Positions 49,825 to 62,900 of a DNA stretch of 64,000 nucleotides are shown piece by piece (positions within the stretch are counted from its first letter, which is position 1; each line of letters opens with the position of its first letter). The DNA lies in NCBI GenBank assembly GCA_025558095.1, contig JAIVFI010000009.1, positions 310,001-374,000 on the forward strand. The letters run 5' to 3'. The stretch is from Hyaloraphidium curvatum SAG 235-1. Its lineage: Eukaryota; Fungi; Monoblepharomycota. A program made the translations under genes and the position numbers. Under the pieces are notes generated by a model, which saw nothing but the letters and a program-made list of their open reading frames with translations, was not told where the DNA came from and made no database searches.

Positions 49825-52140
49825 ATGGGCGCAAAATCATTCGGATCTCGAACAATATCGCCTCCGCATGCCCGTGAGGCTGCGTCCTCGGCCCGCCTGG
49901 CCGCGCTGCTCTTCCTCTCTCTCGCCGCGGCGCTTCTGCTCCCCGCGACCGGAGCCCCGCTCGCGCCCCGCCAGCTGGCGACCACCGCCCCGCCGACCGC
50001 CGCCAACTTCACCGTGACGGTCTGGCGGCCGGGGCAGTACCGCCGCGGCGCCGCGACGACGGTGTGGGCGCGCAACTGGGGCGCCGACAGGCGGGGCGAC
50101 TCGACGGTGCAGCTGCAGCGGGCGGTCGACGAGTGCGCGCGGCGGGTCAGGGATCCTGCCGTGAAGATGTGCACGCTGCAGCTGACGAGGGGGAGGACAT
50201 GTGGGTTCGGAGCCGGGGCCTCTGTCCGCGGATCCTGACATCGCTGATGAGGACAGACAATGTCACGGCCCTCCGTGTCTCGGGCATGCACGACTTTCTC
50301 CTCGAGGGCAACGGCGCGACGCTGTTCTACACGCGGGACGGGTACGATCGCTGCTTCCCCGAGGCCCCGGACGAGGACGGGGTCTGCCCGCCCTATTTCG
50401 ACGTGCGCAACTGCACGCGGTGCCAGTTCCGCGGCCTGTCGTTGGATTGGAACTGGCTCCGCTGGCGGATCGCCTCCATCGGCAGGCTGGTCTCGCGGCA
50501 GCACGACCCGGTGACCAACGTCTCTCGGTGGAACTTCAAGATCGAGGCGCCGCCCACTCCGCGCGGCGGGCTCGACACAAGCACCATCTACGCCTTCCAG
50601 TCGCTGCACCCGCTGGACCCCAAGTCGCTGTCGGTCGGAGTGCGCGCGAAGTTCGAGTACTACCTGACCGGGGCCACGGGCGTGTGGGGCGGCGGCCTGC
50701 GGAAGCGGAACCACGTCGCCGAGGCCGTGGGACCGCGGCCGTTCGGCCTTGCCCCGGGGATGCTCGGGGACCCCAACGCCGTGGTCATGCACGTGGACAG
50801 GGTCGAGGTGTCGGGCGAAGGGGGCGGAAGCGCGGGCGGGACGGTGCCCAACATCATCACCACCTCGCCCAACGTGGCAATCGTGCTCACCCGCACCATC
50901 AACGACTTTGGGCCCATCGACAGCAGGGGTCCCACGCCCGTCGGATCGCTGTGGCTGATGAAGCACCTTGCCTACGAGGTGCACGGCTTCCGGCTGCGGG
51001 ACTCGGCGCACGTCACCCTCTCCGACCTGACGATCCGCTCGGTGCCGGGAAAGACCGTGATCGTCGACTACCTTACGCACCACGTCGAGATCCACGGGCT
51101 CTCGGTGGCGATGGCCGCCCCGCCCAAGCTCGGCGGCCCGCGCATGCTCTCGTCCGCGTCGGACGGGATCTGGGCGGGCCAGACGTCGGGCGACCTGCTC
51201 ATCCGCGACTCGAACTTTTCCTTCATCGGCGACGACGCCATCAACGTCAACACGCCGACCTCGATGCACAACATCACCTACGCCAACGGCACGGCCGAGG
51301 GCCTGCCGGACTACGGCACCCTCGTCGTCTCGCGCAGCCCCAAGTGGCGCATCCACTTTGCCACGGGCGACACGCTCATGTTCCTGGACGCCCGGACCAT
51401 CGCCCCGCTGGGCATCAACCGCACCGTCGTCTCGGCCACCTACGATCCGAAGGCCGGCGAAGGCACTTGGACCGTGGTCTTGGACCGGCCCCTCGATCCC
51501 GCCGAGCACCCGCTGCTGGCTTCCCCTCCCTTGGACCTCGGCCTGGTCAACGCCCGCCTGATCCCGTCCCGGGTGATCGTCCGCAACGTGCGGACGGACC
51601 ACCACCGCGCGCGCGGGGTGCTCCTGCAGGTCCGATCCGCCGTCGTGGAGGGCTGCCGCTTCGAGCGGGTGCAGCAGTCTGCTCTTTTGGTCCGCGCCTG
51701 TGCGGCGAGCCAGGAGGGCACCGGCGCGTCGGACGTGGTGCTCTCGCGGAACGAGATCGTGACGGCGGATGCGACGGGGTGGAACCGCGCCGTGGCGGTG
51801 GATGTTATGGCGAAGAGTTGGGAGAGGGTCGAGGCCAGGGGGAGGCATGTGGGGTTGCGGGTGCTGGACAACAGGGTGCTGCTCGCGCCGTCGTGGGTGT
51901 TTCGGGCGTGCCGTCGGGCGGATGGATGGCTGACGCGCTCCTTCCCGCCCCGGATACAGGCTGGCGGTCGCCATCGAGTCGGCGAAGGACGTCGTGGTCG
52001 CGCGGACCCGGAGCACGGCGGACCCGGCGCCGGCGGACTCGGAGGCAGGCCGGGTAAAGGCCCGGTACTCGGACAACGTGACCATGACGGGGAACTACCT
52101 GTGCACCGCGAAGGGTTGGTGCAGGCGGTCCGAGGTCTGA
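49825..52140 (+). CDS. secreted right-handed beta-helix protein, GH110 (alpha-galactosidase)-like
   Basis: Signal-peptide-like LAALLFLSLAAALLLP; RMLSSASDG..GDLLIRDSNFSFIGDDAINV; HRARGVLLQ..VEGCRF; two predicted introns. Confidence 0.7.
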
Positions 52141-53414
52141 GTCGGTGGTGGTCTTTTGGGCATGGGGAATGGCGGGCCGTTGTCGTTTACCGATACCCCG
52201 TGGAGAGCTCCGTTGAGTGCAATGCGATGTACAGAGATGGAAGCAGCTGCTGATTCGGACGATTCGGCGGTTGAGGGCGCCCCATGACCGAACGCCGGGA
52301 ACGGCAGGACCCGACGCCGCGGGCCCGCCATCCCCGCCTTGGCATTCGCCCTTCGAGGTCTTTGAGCCGCCATCGGCCCTCCTGAAGTGCGGAAGCCCCC
52401 CTGATTATAAGCCACCATCCGATCCGGCCGATCCGACCGTCCGTGAGGAGAGTCAGATGGGTTTGCACAGCCGACCAGGCGGGCCGAGCGGCGTCGTGCG
52501 GATCTCGCGCGTCGTGCCGAACCAGAAGCGCTGGCGGATGCGCGTCGCCTCGGTGCGGAAGGCCTCCCGGCGGCTTCAGGGGTGGCCCGTGCGTCCGGCC
52601 AAAGTCGCTGGCCGGGGGGCCGGTCGGCCTCGGGGCTTTATGGGCCGATCCAATGAAGTGGAAAGGAGCTTGAAGGATGCGGAAGGCGTTGGGTGTCACT
52701 GTTGTCTGCCATCGCATCGGTATTTATGGCCCCTGGGATGGCGATCCTCGATTGGCCACCGATCCCCAAGCTGCGTGTGACCGGGGGATCGGTGACGTTC
52801 AGGGGCCTTCTGGCCAATAAATGCCTCCGGAATCACCATCAGTGCTTGCGTCCTACGTTCTGGTAAGACGCGAGTGGCGGTAGGCGTCGCTCGCCCGTCT
52901 GGATGGGCTTCAACGGCCGGCGAGAGGGATAGGGGACCAACACAGGCAGAGGCACTCCGTTTGGGCCGGCAGCCGTTGATTCTGCTGAATCGCTAGATTC
53001 AGATGAAGCGGCCGCATCGGGTGGTCTGTCCGATTGGCGGGACACATTGGCCTGTTTCAGACGATGGACGCGGTCGTTCCGGCAAATTTTGGACCCGGAA
53101 GGGGCTTGGTGCGGCCTCCGAATCGGCGGGCAGGGGCGGGTGCGGGGCGCCTCGACTCGCCGCCAACCGATATCTCGTACAGTCATTAGCGTGCCTGCGC
53201 ATCGTGGTTGCTCGCGATGCTCGGTTGGGTCGGGCCGGTCGGGTCCAATCAGATCGTGGCCCAAGCGGTCGCGGGGGGCGGCTGGTTTCCGCCGGCCCGG
53301 GCGCACGGAACCACATCGAAACAACTTCGTGCCACCGACCCTGGCCACGAGCGAGACCGCGACACCGTCCCCGCCGTTCCCCGCCGCTCCCTCCGCCCCT
53401 TCCCGCTTCCCGCC

Positions 53415-54323
53415 ATGAGCACCGTCGTGTGGGGCCGCGGCCGCATGCCGACCCCCCCGTCCCCCCGCACGGCGCGCACCGACCTGCGCGCAGAGGGCGC
53501 GCCCGCCCCCGCCGCCGCCGCCTGCCAGCGCGGCCCCGCCCCCGCGCCCGCGGCGCCGTACGCCGTGCCGTACGCGTCGCCCGTCTCGGTCGGCAACCTC
53601 CGCTTCGACTCGGACTCCTCGGACGACGAGCGCGCCCCGCAGCCCCGGCTCGCGCACCCCGCAGACCCCGGCCCCCGCCCAGGCTCCCCCGACGACGGCT
53701 ACGCCTCGGACGCAGACGCCGCCCCCGCACCGCCGCCGCCCGAACCCCTGGCCATATCCCACCTGCTGCCCCTGGCGCAGCTGCTCCTCACCTCGCTCTT
53801 CCCGCCCTCGCAATCGTCGGCGCTGTACCCGCTGAACGGCTTCATCAAGGAGATGGTCACCCGCTCGGGCACCGCACCAGAGACCCTGGCGCTCGGCCTG
53901 CTCTACCTGTGGCGGTGCCGCGACCGCATCGCTCGCAACCGCAGCATCGCCAGCGCCTCCCTCGCCGCAGTGCAGGCCATCCCGCACCCGTCGCTGTGCG
54001 CGCGCCGCATGTTCCTGTCGGCCCTCGTCGTGGCATGGAAGTTCCTCTCGGACAGGACCTACACCAACTCGGCCTGGTCCAAAATCTCGGGCCTGCGCTG
54101 CGAGGAGGTCAACTCCAACGAGCGCGTGCTGCTCGGCATGCTCGGCTGGACGCTCGACGTCAAGCCCGCAGAGTGGGAGGGCTGGCGGGCGTGGATCCAG
54201 GACATGAAGGGGCAGGTCTCGCGCATCGCGGCCGACGCGGCGCAGCGGACGGCCTCGGGAACCGTTGCCCGGGACACGGAGGACGAGGCGCTGGCCGCCA
54301 CGGCGGTCCAGTGCGTCGCATAG
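53415..54323 (+). CDS. Pho85-type (Pcl/Pho80 family) cyclin
   Basis: FIKEMVTRS..LALGLLYLWR..RRMFLSALVVAWKFLSDRTYTNSAWSKISGL..VNSNERVLLGMLGWTL. Confidence 0.88.
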   Translation: MSTVVWGRGRMPTPPSPRTARTDLRAEGAPAPAAAACQRGPAPAPAAPYAVPYASPVSVGNLRFDSDSSDDERAPQPRLAHPADPGPRPGSPDDGYASDADAAPAPPPPEPLAISHLLPLAQLLLTSLFPPSQSSALYPLNGFIKEMVTRSGTAPETLALGLLYLWRCRDRIARNRSIASASLAAVQAIPHPSLCARRMFLSALVVAWKFLSDRTYTNSAWSKISGLRCEEVNSNERVLLGMLGWTLDVKPAEWEGWRAWIQDMKGQVSRIAADAAQRTASGTVARDTEDEALAATAVQCVA

Positions 54324-55070
54324 CCGGCCGATCGGCTCGGACACGCTTGTGCACGGTTGCTTGGAAGGGGAAAACGTACGGAGGGTAATGCCGGGCAGAC
54401 TGTCTCGAGACCTTCTAAAGTGTATTGCGGGCTACTTCCGCCTAATCAGCACGCTTTTCTCCACTCCGATCCGCTTTCTCACCCGGTCCGTCTCCCGATT
54501 CGGGGTGTCCCCGCCGGCCAAAAAATTGGTGTTGCGTTTCGGTGGCAAGAGGGCCCGGACCTTCGGTCGCCGCCGCCAACGCCCGCCCGCCGCCGGTCTG
54601 GCCCCGACATCGGTCTCCGCACGCACCGCCATCGCCGTGCTCGAGATCGGGAGACACTGGCGGGCCCTGTGAACTGCAGCGCAGCTGGGATGCGCAGTGC
54701 GATTGAATCGGCCGGCCGAATCCCGCCCGCGCGCGCGATCGCGGGGCATCGCTGCACTCCAGCCGACCCGATCGCGTCCACCACTCCCTGTCGGCATCGC
54801 AGCGGGGTAGCTTTGTGAGGCCGGGCGAGCTTCGCGCCCACCGATGGCCGCAGTCTCGCGCGGTGCACCGCCGAGGGAGGCATCCCGCGCCGATCTGTCC
54901 GATCCGCCCCGCAAACCGTGGGAAAGAAATTCACCGTCGTTTCTGCGCGTAAAATGGGCAGATCGGAGCGCCGCAACTGCGTGCAGGGACCGTTATCTGG
55001 GGCAGAGGTCGGCCCGCGATCGGGCCGTGACAGCGTCCCCGCCAAACAACAACGCCCCCGGAAAGGGGCC

Positions 55071-56627
55071 ATGGAGGGCGCCGCTGCTGTTTCCGGCAGC
55101 TCTGGCGGGCCACATTATGCCGTTTCGCCGCCCGCGGAGCCGGCGCGGCCTGTGCCGGACGGGATGCGCGCCCCGCCGCCCGCGCCCTCTATCTTGCGGC
55201 TGCCCGTCGAGCTCCTGGAAAAGATCGTCGTGCGCGTCGAGCCGCTGCACCGTGCACCGCCGGGACTGCCGCAGATCCTCGTGCTCGGCTCCCTCTCGCG
55301 GCTGTTCCGCGACGTGACCCTCTCGCGCCATCCCTTCTGGCGCAAGGCCGGCCTGTGGACCGAGCTGCTCGGCCGCTCGTGGGGCGGCCGGTCAAAGTGG
55401 AACATATCCTCCGATACGCCGTACGTCGTCCCGGCCGAGTTCCTCGCCCTCTTTGCCCGCGAGCCCGCCCGCGTCGCGGCCGCGCTGTCGCTGGACGTGC
55501 CGGGCGGCAGGATCCTGCTCCCCGCCTCGCTGCTGGAGCTCCTGGCCGCCTTCCGGGACCTGCCGCCCGGCCACCGCGCCCGGCTGGAGCACCTCACCGT
55601 GCCGAGCCTCAAGGCCGCCAAGCTCGACTCGGCGCTCCTCCTCGCCCTCGCCGATTCCCTCGGTCCGTCCAACCTCGCCCGCCTGCGATCCTTCAACCTG
55701 CAGAACGGGACCAAGTTCGGGCGGCACATGGACCTCGCCCCATCCAAGATCCCCTCGCGCCCCTTTATCCGCGGGGACGGCATCGCGGCTTTTGCTTCCT
55801 CCTTGGGCCCGCGCATGGTGCGCCTCGGCCTCGCGGGGCTGTCGCAGTGCCCGTGGTCGGACCTCCTGGCCACGCTGGCGCGGTGCACGTCGCTGCGGGA
55901 GCTGGACATCGTGGGGTCGTGCTTCTCGATCCACGTCGAGGTGGCGCCCGAGGACGGGTCGGTGCCGCCCGTGGACCTGGCGGCGCTCGCGGCCGCGCTA
56001 CCGGGGCTAAAATCGCTGGCCATCGGCGGCGCGTCGATACTGTACTCGGGCGGGCTGGGCGGGTTCGAGGGGCTGGACGAGGTGCTGTTTGCGCCGCCGC
56101 TGGCGTTCGCGGCGGCCGGTGCGGGGCTCGAGGAGGAGGAGCCGACGGGGCCGGCGGTGCGGGCGCTGCTCGCGTCGATCCCCGAGGGCAGGCGGTGCCT
56201 GCGCCGGCTCAAGTTCGGGTACGGGGACTCGCTGGGGCCGTGGGTCGAGCTGCTGCCCGGGTTCCCGTGCCTCGAGGAGATTTGGAACGCGGCGTACAGC
56301 GACCACAACCTCGGCCTCCGGCCCTTGGCCGACCTCGCGCTCTTCACCGCCGACCCGGATCCCGACGACCCCGAGGACGCGGAAAAGGCCGTCAGCCGGC
56401 TGCGCCGCCTCTCGGTCGTCCTCGGCGAGCGCGTGGCCCTCGTGCAGGCGGACATGGAGGCCGCGTGCCGTCCGCTCGCGCGGCTGCGCGAGCTGGTGAT
56501 CCGGCGCGACCTCACCGCGGCGTGGGTCGCGCTGGGCAACTACCAGGCCAACCTGAACCAGCTGGACCTGGAGGCACTTGGGCGGGTGCTGCCGCCGGGG
56601 TGCAGCGTCGTGGTGGCCGATGCCTGA
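55071..56627 (+). CDS. F-box/leucine-rich repeat (RNI-like) protein
   Basis: SILRLPVELLEKIV F-box-like motif; LxxLxL repeats (LEHLTV, LRSFNL, LRELDI, LKSLAI, LRRLKF). Confidence 0.7.
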   Translation: MEGAAAVSGSSGGPHYAVSPPAEPARPVPDGMRAPPPAPSILRLPVELLEKIVVRVEPLHRAPPGLPQILVLGSLSRLFRDVTLSRHPFWRKAGLWTELLGRSWGGRSKWNISSDTPYVVPAEFLALFAREPARVAAALSLDVPGGRILLPASLLELLAAFRDLPPGHRARLEHLTVPSLKAAKLDSALLLALADSLGPSNLARLRSFNLQNGTKFGRHMDLAPSKIPSRPFIRGDGIAAFASSLGPRMVRLGLAGLSQCPWSDLLATLARCTSLRELDIVGSCFSIHVEVAPEDGSVPPVDLAALAAALPGLKSLAIGGASILYSGGLGGFEGLDEVLFAPPLAFAAAGAGLEEEEPTGPAVRALLASIPEGRRCLRRLKFGYGDSLGPWVELLPGFPCLEEIWNAAYSDHNLGLRPLADLALFTADPDPDDPEDAEKAVSRLRRLSVVLGERVALVQADMEAACRPLARLRELVIRRDLTAAWVALGNYQANLNQLDLEALGRVLPPGCSVVVADA

Positions 56628-56715
56628 TATCCTCGGCTGCCTCCGAGTGCTGCGATGTAGCCGGCTCGTCTTGGAAGGAGCCCGGAATGGAGCGCCCGCG
56701 AATCCTTGGAGCAGG

Positions 56716-57405
56716 CTAAGCGTCCTCCGTGTCCGCGACGTGCTTCCGCTTCCGCTGGTCATCCAGGTAGTCCCTGAGGTTCACCCAGCCGGGGTCCACG
56801 GGCGCGACGGACGCCGCAACGGGGTCCTTGTTCCTGCCCAGCCTGTCGGTGCGCTGCGGGGCCAGCTTGAAGTGGAAGGTGTGCGAGAGCAGCAGCGCCG
56901 TGGTCAGGGCCATGATTGTGGGGTACAGCTCGGCGTTGAGCTTGGCGTAGCCGCGGTCGTCGATCTGGATTGACCGGGGTGAGGGATGCGAAGTCGAGAA
57001 GGCGCGGTTCCCCCACGTGGGCAAACTCGGCGGCCGAAATGCCCAGCAGCTTGTGTGCCGCCTGGTCGTAGACCAGCACGCCGTGGATCTCGCCCTCGTG
57101 CAGCACCCCGAGCTGAGAAGTGGGGTGAGCGGCAATCAAGGGGACGGGGGCCGGCGTGCCACCTGCAGCACGAACTGCCACTTGACCTCGACCACGCGGC
57201 CGCACTGCGAGCACAGCATCTCGTACGTGCGCTGCACGGGCATTCCCGGCCTGGGGCGCACCGAGCGCGCGAGCGTCGCCTTGATCGCGTCCTCGCGCTT
57301 GAGGCACACGCGGCAGTGCGCGCCGACCATCGGCCGCGCGGCGACGAGCGCGACGTCGCCGACAAACTCCGGCGGGAGCGTTGCCGCCGCCTTCGCCTCC
57401 GCCAT
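56716..57405 (-). CDS. small OB-fold protein with zinc ribbon (RPA1 C-terminal / DDIAS N-terminal-like)
   Basis: HCRVC..CSQC..KWQFVLQ|LGV..VLVYDQAAHKLLGISAAEF..HTFHFKL. Confidence 0.6.
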
Positions 57406-57616
57406 CCCAACTGCCGACTCGAGGAAAGTGTTGCGGGACAACCGTCCCCGTGCCGCCGCCCACTTGATGTGGGTGCCCGCTCTCGCGGCGCTCGCAGCAC
57501 TGTGGGCCCTCCTTGTGGCGCTGCTCGACCGCATCGCGCTGGGCGCCTCCTCGATGGGCGCCGCGGTCCGCCGCACCTCCGCCCGCGACCAGCTGCGGCG
57601 GCGCGGGAGCTTCTGA

Positions 57617-60210
57617 ATGATGCCGCGCGACTTTGGCGTGCCCGCGCTCGCCGTGTTCTGGAACGCCCGCGTGGACGAGGCCGCGGTGCGGCGCGGGAGA
57701 ACGCTCCTCGTCGGCTGGCAGCTGTCGGACTCGTGCTTCTGCGTGTGCGGCGCTGCCGACATCGCGAAAGTGGGCTAATCGAGGCAGGACCTGGCGATGT
57801 CTGACAGTCCTGGTGGCCCGTAGTGGACTCGGGATGCGCTCGAGGACGCGCTCGTCCACGTGCATGGCCTGTCTGCCGGGCTGCCCAGGCCGCACGTCCT
57901 CGGGACGGTCCGCGCCAAGCTCCTCGACGACGCGAATGACCGGCCACCGACATCTAACGGCACCAAGGCCGCTCATGGCGACGTGCATCTGCAATTCAGC
58001 GTCTCCGGAAAGCTGCCCCAGCTGGAGTGGGTTGCCCCCTCGTGTTCGGACACGCCTCTCCCTCATCAAGCCACGCAGACACTACCTCCTCGACTCGCGG
58101 CCCGTTCGCGTCGGCGCGGTACAAGTGATCCTCTTTTCCGAGCCCGACGTCCGACACGGGCAGTTCTTTTCCCTCGAGCCCATGGTCCTCGACCTCTCGC
58201 GTTACGCCGTCTCGGACCTGCAGTCCGCCACGAGCATCTCGCACCTCCCGCCGTCAAAGGCGGACCTCTTCCACCCCGCCATCCGCGACCTGTCGAGCCT
58301 GGCGGCGCTGCAGGACGATGCGGTGCCGTTCGAGCTTGCCGTTGACTTGGTGAGTGTTCGCGGCTCGGATTCGGCTTCCGCTAAACCCTCTGACCCCACT
58401 TCCACGTCGTCAGATGAACTCGGCGCACGCCGTCCACAAGCAGATCGTTCCTACGCTGGATTCCCGTTCCGCTGCCTCTCCCGCTGCCCTGCTCCAGGGG
58501 CTAGTCCGCGGCCTGGTCGCCCTCACCTACCCCGTCCGTCTCCTCCTCTATGCCGTCCTCGCGGCCTCCAAGCCCGCCTCGGACGCCCTCATCGCGGCCC
58601 TCCGCTACCCGGTGCCTCTCGGCGCCGCGCAGCCCGTCAAGGCGCTCGACTTTTCCGTGGCCTGCCAGCAGGTCGAGCTCCGCGTGCAGCAGGCTTCCTT
58701 CTGGCACACGCAGATCGCGCACTTGTGGGACTCTGGCGCGCGCGATCTCGCCAAGAGGCACGCCGAGTACATCAAGTCGGTCCCTCGCCCATTGCTTGAT
58801 CGGATCCGCGTTCTGACGCGTTCCCCAGCTTCAACAACACGCTGTGGCTGATTGCGAACGATGTCATCTTCGGATTTGCCCTCGGAGGGATCCTGGTCGC
58901 CAACGCCGACTCGATCGCCGCGCTGCTGGATGGATGGTTTACGGTTCGTGTCCCCGATCGAGCGCTCGAAGACACCTCACATCGGCTCCGCAGGGGTTCG
59001 GCCTGGATTACTTCCGCGGCATGACGGTCTGGCTGATGGGTTGGCCGGCGGGCCTGAAGCTCAACGCCCCGCTGAGCCGCTTCATGGGCGAGCTGTTCCT
59101 GTGGCTCCTCGGCATGTGGGAAGGTGCGAGGACGCTCTTCTCCGCACGCCAACCCGGCTAACGGCCCACATGCAGCCCTCGCCGCCGCCGCCAGGCCCCA
59201 CCTCGTCGACGCCGTCGTCTTCCTCGGGTCCTCGGGCGTGTTTGGCGCGACCATGGTGCTCTCCCTTCTCGCGGACCTCATCGCCCTCTCGACGCTCCAC
59301 ATCAACCTCTTCTACCGCGTCGCGGCCAAGATCTACCACTGGCAGTTCTCGGCCCTCGTGTCCCTATTCTACCTCTTCCAAGGTGCGCCGGTGCGCCCGA
59401 AGGGGCGATCGCACGCCCCAGCTGCTGACGTCCCGCGGACAGGTCGCAAGAGGAACGTCCTCCGAGGGCGCGTCGACCTGCAGGACTACCCCTTGGAGCA
59501 GCTGGTCATCGGCACCATGCTCTTCACCGTGCTCATGTTCCTGTTCCCCACGACGTTTGTGTACTACCTCTTGTTCACAACGGTCAGTATGCGGACAAGG
59601 TCGCTCAGCACTGACAGCAGACTAACGGACCCGCAATCCACAGGCCAGGATCGTGGTCGTGGCGGTCCAAGTGGCTCTGGAGGTGGCGCTCGCGGTTCTG
59701 AACCATTTCCCGCTGTTTGCGGTGACGCTGCGAGCCAAGAACGGCTCGCGGATACCGGGTAAGCTGCAAGTAGCGTTGCACGATTGGCGGATCTCTGATT
59801 GCGTGGCCAAGGAGGGCTCAGGTTGAAGGCGACGCCTGCGCCGTCCGGTGTCCATTCCCCTGATATCCCGACCGTACATCTCTCCGTAGCCGTAGGTTGC
59901 CAAGGGTACAGCTGCGCGTCCGTTGACATTTGTTGGCCAGAACGTGCCCATGTCCCTGGGAAGCCTCTTCTTCCAGACCTCGCAGATCATGGGCCAGCTT
60001 TCCGACTTCTACCTCGGCCCCGCGACGCTCGTCGGCCTCCTCACCGGGGTCCCGCTGCAGCAGGTCGGCCGCCTGCGCTACCTGTTCCTCCCGGGCGGAA
60101 CGTGGGGCCATGTCACGGAGCTTCGCGGCACCAGCTGACCTCTCCTCCGCAGGCTGAGCGCGGCACAGTACCGTCGGAAAATGTGGCGCCTCCTCGGGCT
60201 AGGCACTTGA
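57617..60210 (+). CDS. GPI1: GPI N-acetylglucosaminyltransferase subunit Gpi1/PIG-Q
   Basis: CQQVELR; NTLWLIANDVIFG; WLMGWPAGLKLNAPLSRFMGELF; SLFYLFQG|RKRNVLRGRVD..LEQLVIGTMLFT..FLFPT; LNHFPLF. Confidence 0.93.
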
Positions 60211-60215
60211 TGTCG

Positions 60216-62770
60216 CTAGGACGCCTCTCGCTTCCGGCGGAGCTCGTCGATCCGGGACACGACTTGCTCGATCAGGAGCAGGTTCATGAGGCGGTCCGTG
60301 AGAGTCTGCATGGAGGATCGCTTCGTGAGCTTCCATCACCGCGGGCACCTCGAGGACGGACCTGCTTCTCCTCAGCGTTGGGTGCAGGTTTCGCGGCGAG
60401 CGCGACCTCGGTCTCCGCTTTCATGCGCTCGCTTTCCTTGCGGAGCGGACCCACGAAATCCCGTTCCACGGCGGCCAGATTGTGCGCGTTCCACACGCCT
60501 GTCTCTCGCAAGGGTCAGCGTCAACGTGGGAGGCGCGGCTCGGGATACCCACTCTGTTCTCGGCATCCCTCAGCAAGAAGTAGAGATAGAGGTTCAAGAC
60601 GTGCATGACCACTGCGTGTCTCTCCGTGAAAGCTTGCATCGACAAGCCCGCCGACTGCGCGGGGGAGGAAGTGCCGTCCCCGCCAAAGGCCTTGTAGATG
60701 TCGCCATCCAACTTGAATAGCACGTTCAGCGCAACGCGCAGCACAACCTCGGTCGAAAAGATCCCCGGGTGCTGGGCTGGGAATGAGGTGCGCCTGCGGT
60801 CCACTGCGGTTGCGAGCTTACCGCCGACGGATTGTCAAACGCCACCTGCACGCTCTTCTTGAGGATCGTGATGCCCGCGACGGTGACTCCGACGTAAGGA
60901 CTCGGCTGCAGGAGCTGTCCGATGAAGTGCAGCCGCGCTTCGTCGTCGAGGCACGACATGGCGAAGCGCTCCAGTTCGCGGAAGCACGCTGTGCGGATGA
61001 ATGGCGATGGAGTGGTAGTCATGCACACGCACGCGCTCTGCGGATCATCGAGGAAGTTAGACTGACGTCGCACATTGGTTCCGAGACACGATCGTACCTG
61101 GATCATCTGCCACAAAGGTCCCAGCTCGGCATCTTCGAAAAGGGCCTGCCTGCCCAATGGCCTGACGCGCTGAACATCGACGATCGCTCGGAAGAGCGAG
61201 CAGGCCTTGTCGGCCACTTCGACCGTGGCATCGGATCCTCTGTCGTAACGAGCTCAACTGCATCGTCCGGGCGGCTTGCGCAGCATACGTACCCGAGGGA
61301 CAACAGCACATGGCACAGCTCCACAGAAGTGCCCACCGCGTCCTCCTTCTTCGACTCAAGTGCCCACCGGATTCCATCGAATATCGGGCGCCCGGTGGGG
61401 CCTGACGTTGCAATGCTGGCGAGGACCGCAATGCCCGAAACCATCCCGGCCGGAGATACATCATCTCCTTCGCTGTTCGCCTCTCCTAGTGAGTGGCTGT
61501 AAAGGTCGTCGACGTCTATCCCGAAAGGTTTGGCATTCGACTGGAAAAGACCGTGCGCCACAACCGGTTAGCTATGCGTGCGCCATCGGGTCCGTGAAAT
61601 GCCCAACCAGTAGATTCGATGCGAATGTGCGACTGTGCTCGACAAGAATCCCTGGTTTTCCGCTTAAGGAGAGGGGCATCCGCGATACCACCCGGCCCAT
61701 GGTAGACAAGAGGACGTGGAACAGCAGAACTCTACATTGGAGACGATCCTCGACGGCACCCTGGTCCTGTGGGGTATCTGTAGGTGGTGGATAGCTCCCA
61801 CAATCAGACAGGCCCACCTCGGGTTGCAGCGAGGCAATCAGCTTGAATAAATCTTCAATAGTGCCCAGTGCGTGGACGACGACAGAATCCACGTCCAAGG
61901 GCCCCACTACCGCGCTGCAGGCGAGTAAAGGAAACGCATGCGAAAGGCGTGCCTGCACTCGGCTCACCTTGCTGCACCTTTTAGTGACTTCGCCCGGTAC
62001 TCATTCTGGACAGACTCATCCGCCACCGAGGCATAGTAGCCTGCCAATGCATCCAATAGCGGCAAAATGGCGGACCAGGCGTTTGCCGCGAAGCTCAAGA
62101 AAGCTTTTCCTCTCCGAATTCTGCGTGTGGCTGCGGAAGGGAGTTGGCGGAGCTTGGAGCTGACGGGTGAACCGGGCCAACCTCGTAGGGTCATCTCGGA
62201 GACCACGAGAAACTCGTTGAGCATCCCTCGATTGGCCGCCCAGTCTGTCGCCTCAATTTCCGATACGGGCAGCATAGAGAGCCTCTCCAATCCGATCATG
62301 TGGATCTCCCTTGCGTTGCATTGGTCACCGATCGCCAGCAGGACGTCTTCGGCCGCCGAGGCGGATCCCCGGACGGCCGCATCCGACTCGAATGAGCAAG
62401 CCGTATAGGGAGCAAGGAGGTGGACAATGTCCCAGCCTATCTGGTGCAGCAACGAGTCGCTCGTCTTCGAGCGGCGCGGCGTCAACAACCGTCCAAACGG
62501 AAGTGCTCCGACAGGCACCTGTGACGCAGAATGCACGTCGAGCAACAGCTCGTCCCGGATCGCGGTGACCACGATCTGGCCCTCTCCGGGCGAAGTCCTT
62601 GTCCAGCGGTCGACATCCTCCAACGTGTTCACAACGCACGCCTTCGCGGCCGCCAGACGCGTTTCCACGAGGTCACTCTGGTCTTCATGGTTGGTTCGTA
62701 CGGCATCGCGGTACTCTTGGCACGCTCCTCGTAGCTCGGCCACCAAGTCGGCAGGGAGACGCGTCGTCAT
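60216..62770 (-). CDS. YAP-binding / ALF4 / Glomulin family protein
   Basis: LLHQIGWDIVHLL..LLAIGDQCNAREIHMIGLERL; C-terminal VLNLYLYFLLRDAENR|TGVW. Confidence 0.75.
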
Positions 62771-62900
62771 TTGTTTGGTCGTTGAGTGACCACCAACTCC
62801 GACTCACCCTCAATTCTGGGGCGGTGCTCCGCATAGCAGGCCGTGAGCAGCGCAAAGCATTTGCAGAGTCCGCGGCTTGCAAAGGCCAGCGGATCCCGCA

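Noticed and set aside
49803-52085. Long antisense or alternative-frame ORFs (e.g. 760 aa here, 16246-17994, 52839-54344, 55115-56539)
   Set aside because: These are shadow ORFs from very high GC content, lying opposite recognisable genes, with Arg/Gly/Pro-rich translations.
52141-53414. Hidden gene or element in the long gap upstream of the cyclin
   Set aside because: No recognisable protein, terminal repeats or RNA gene; probably promoter or 5' UTR.
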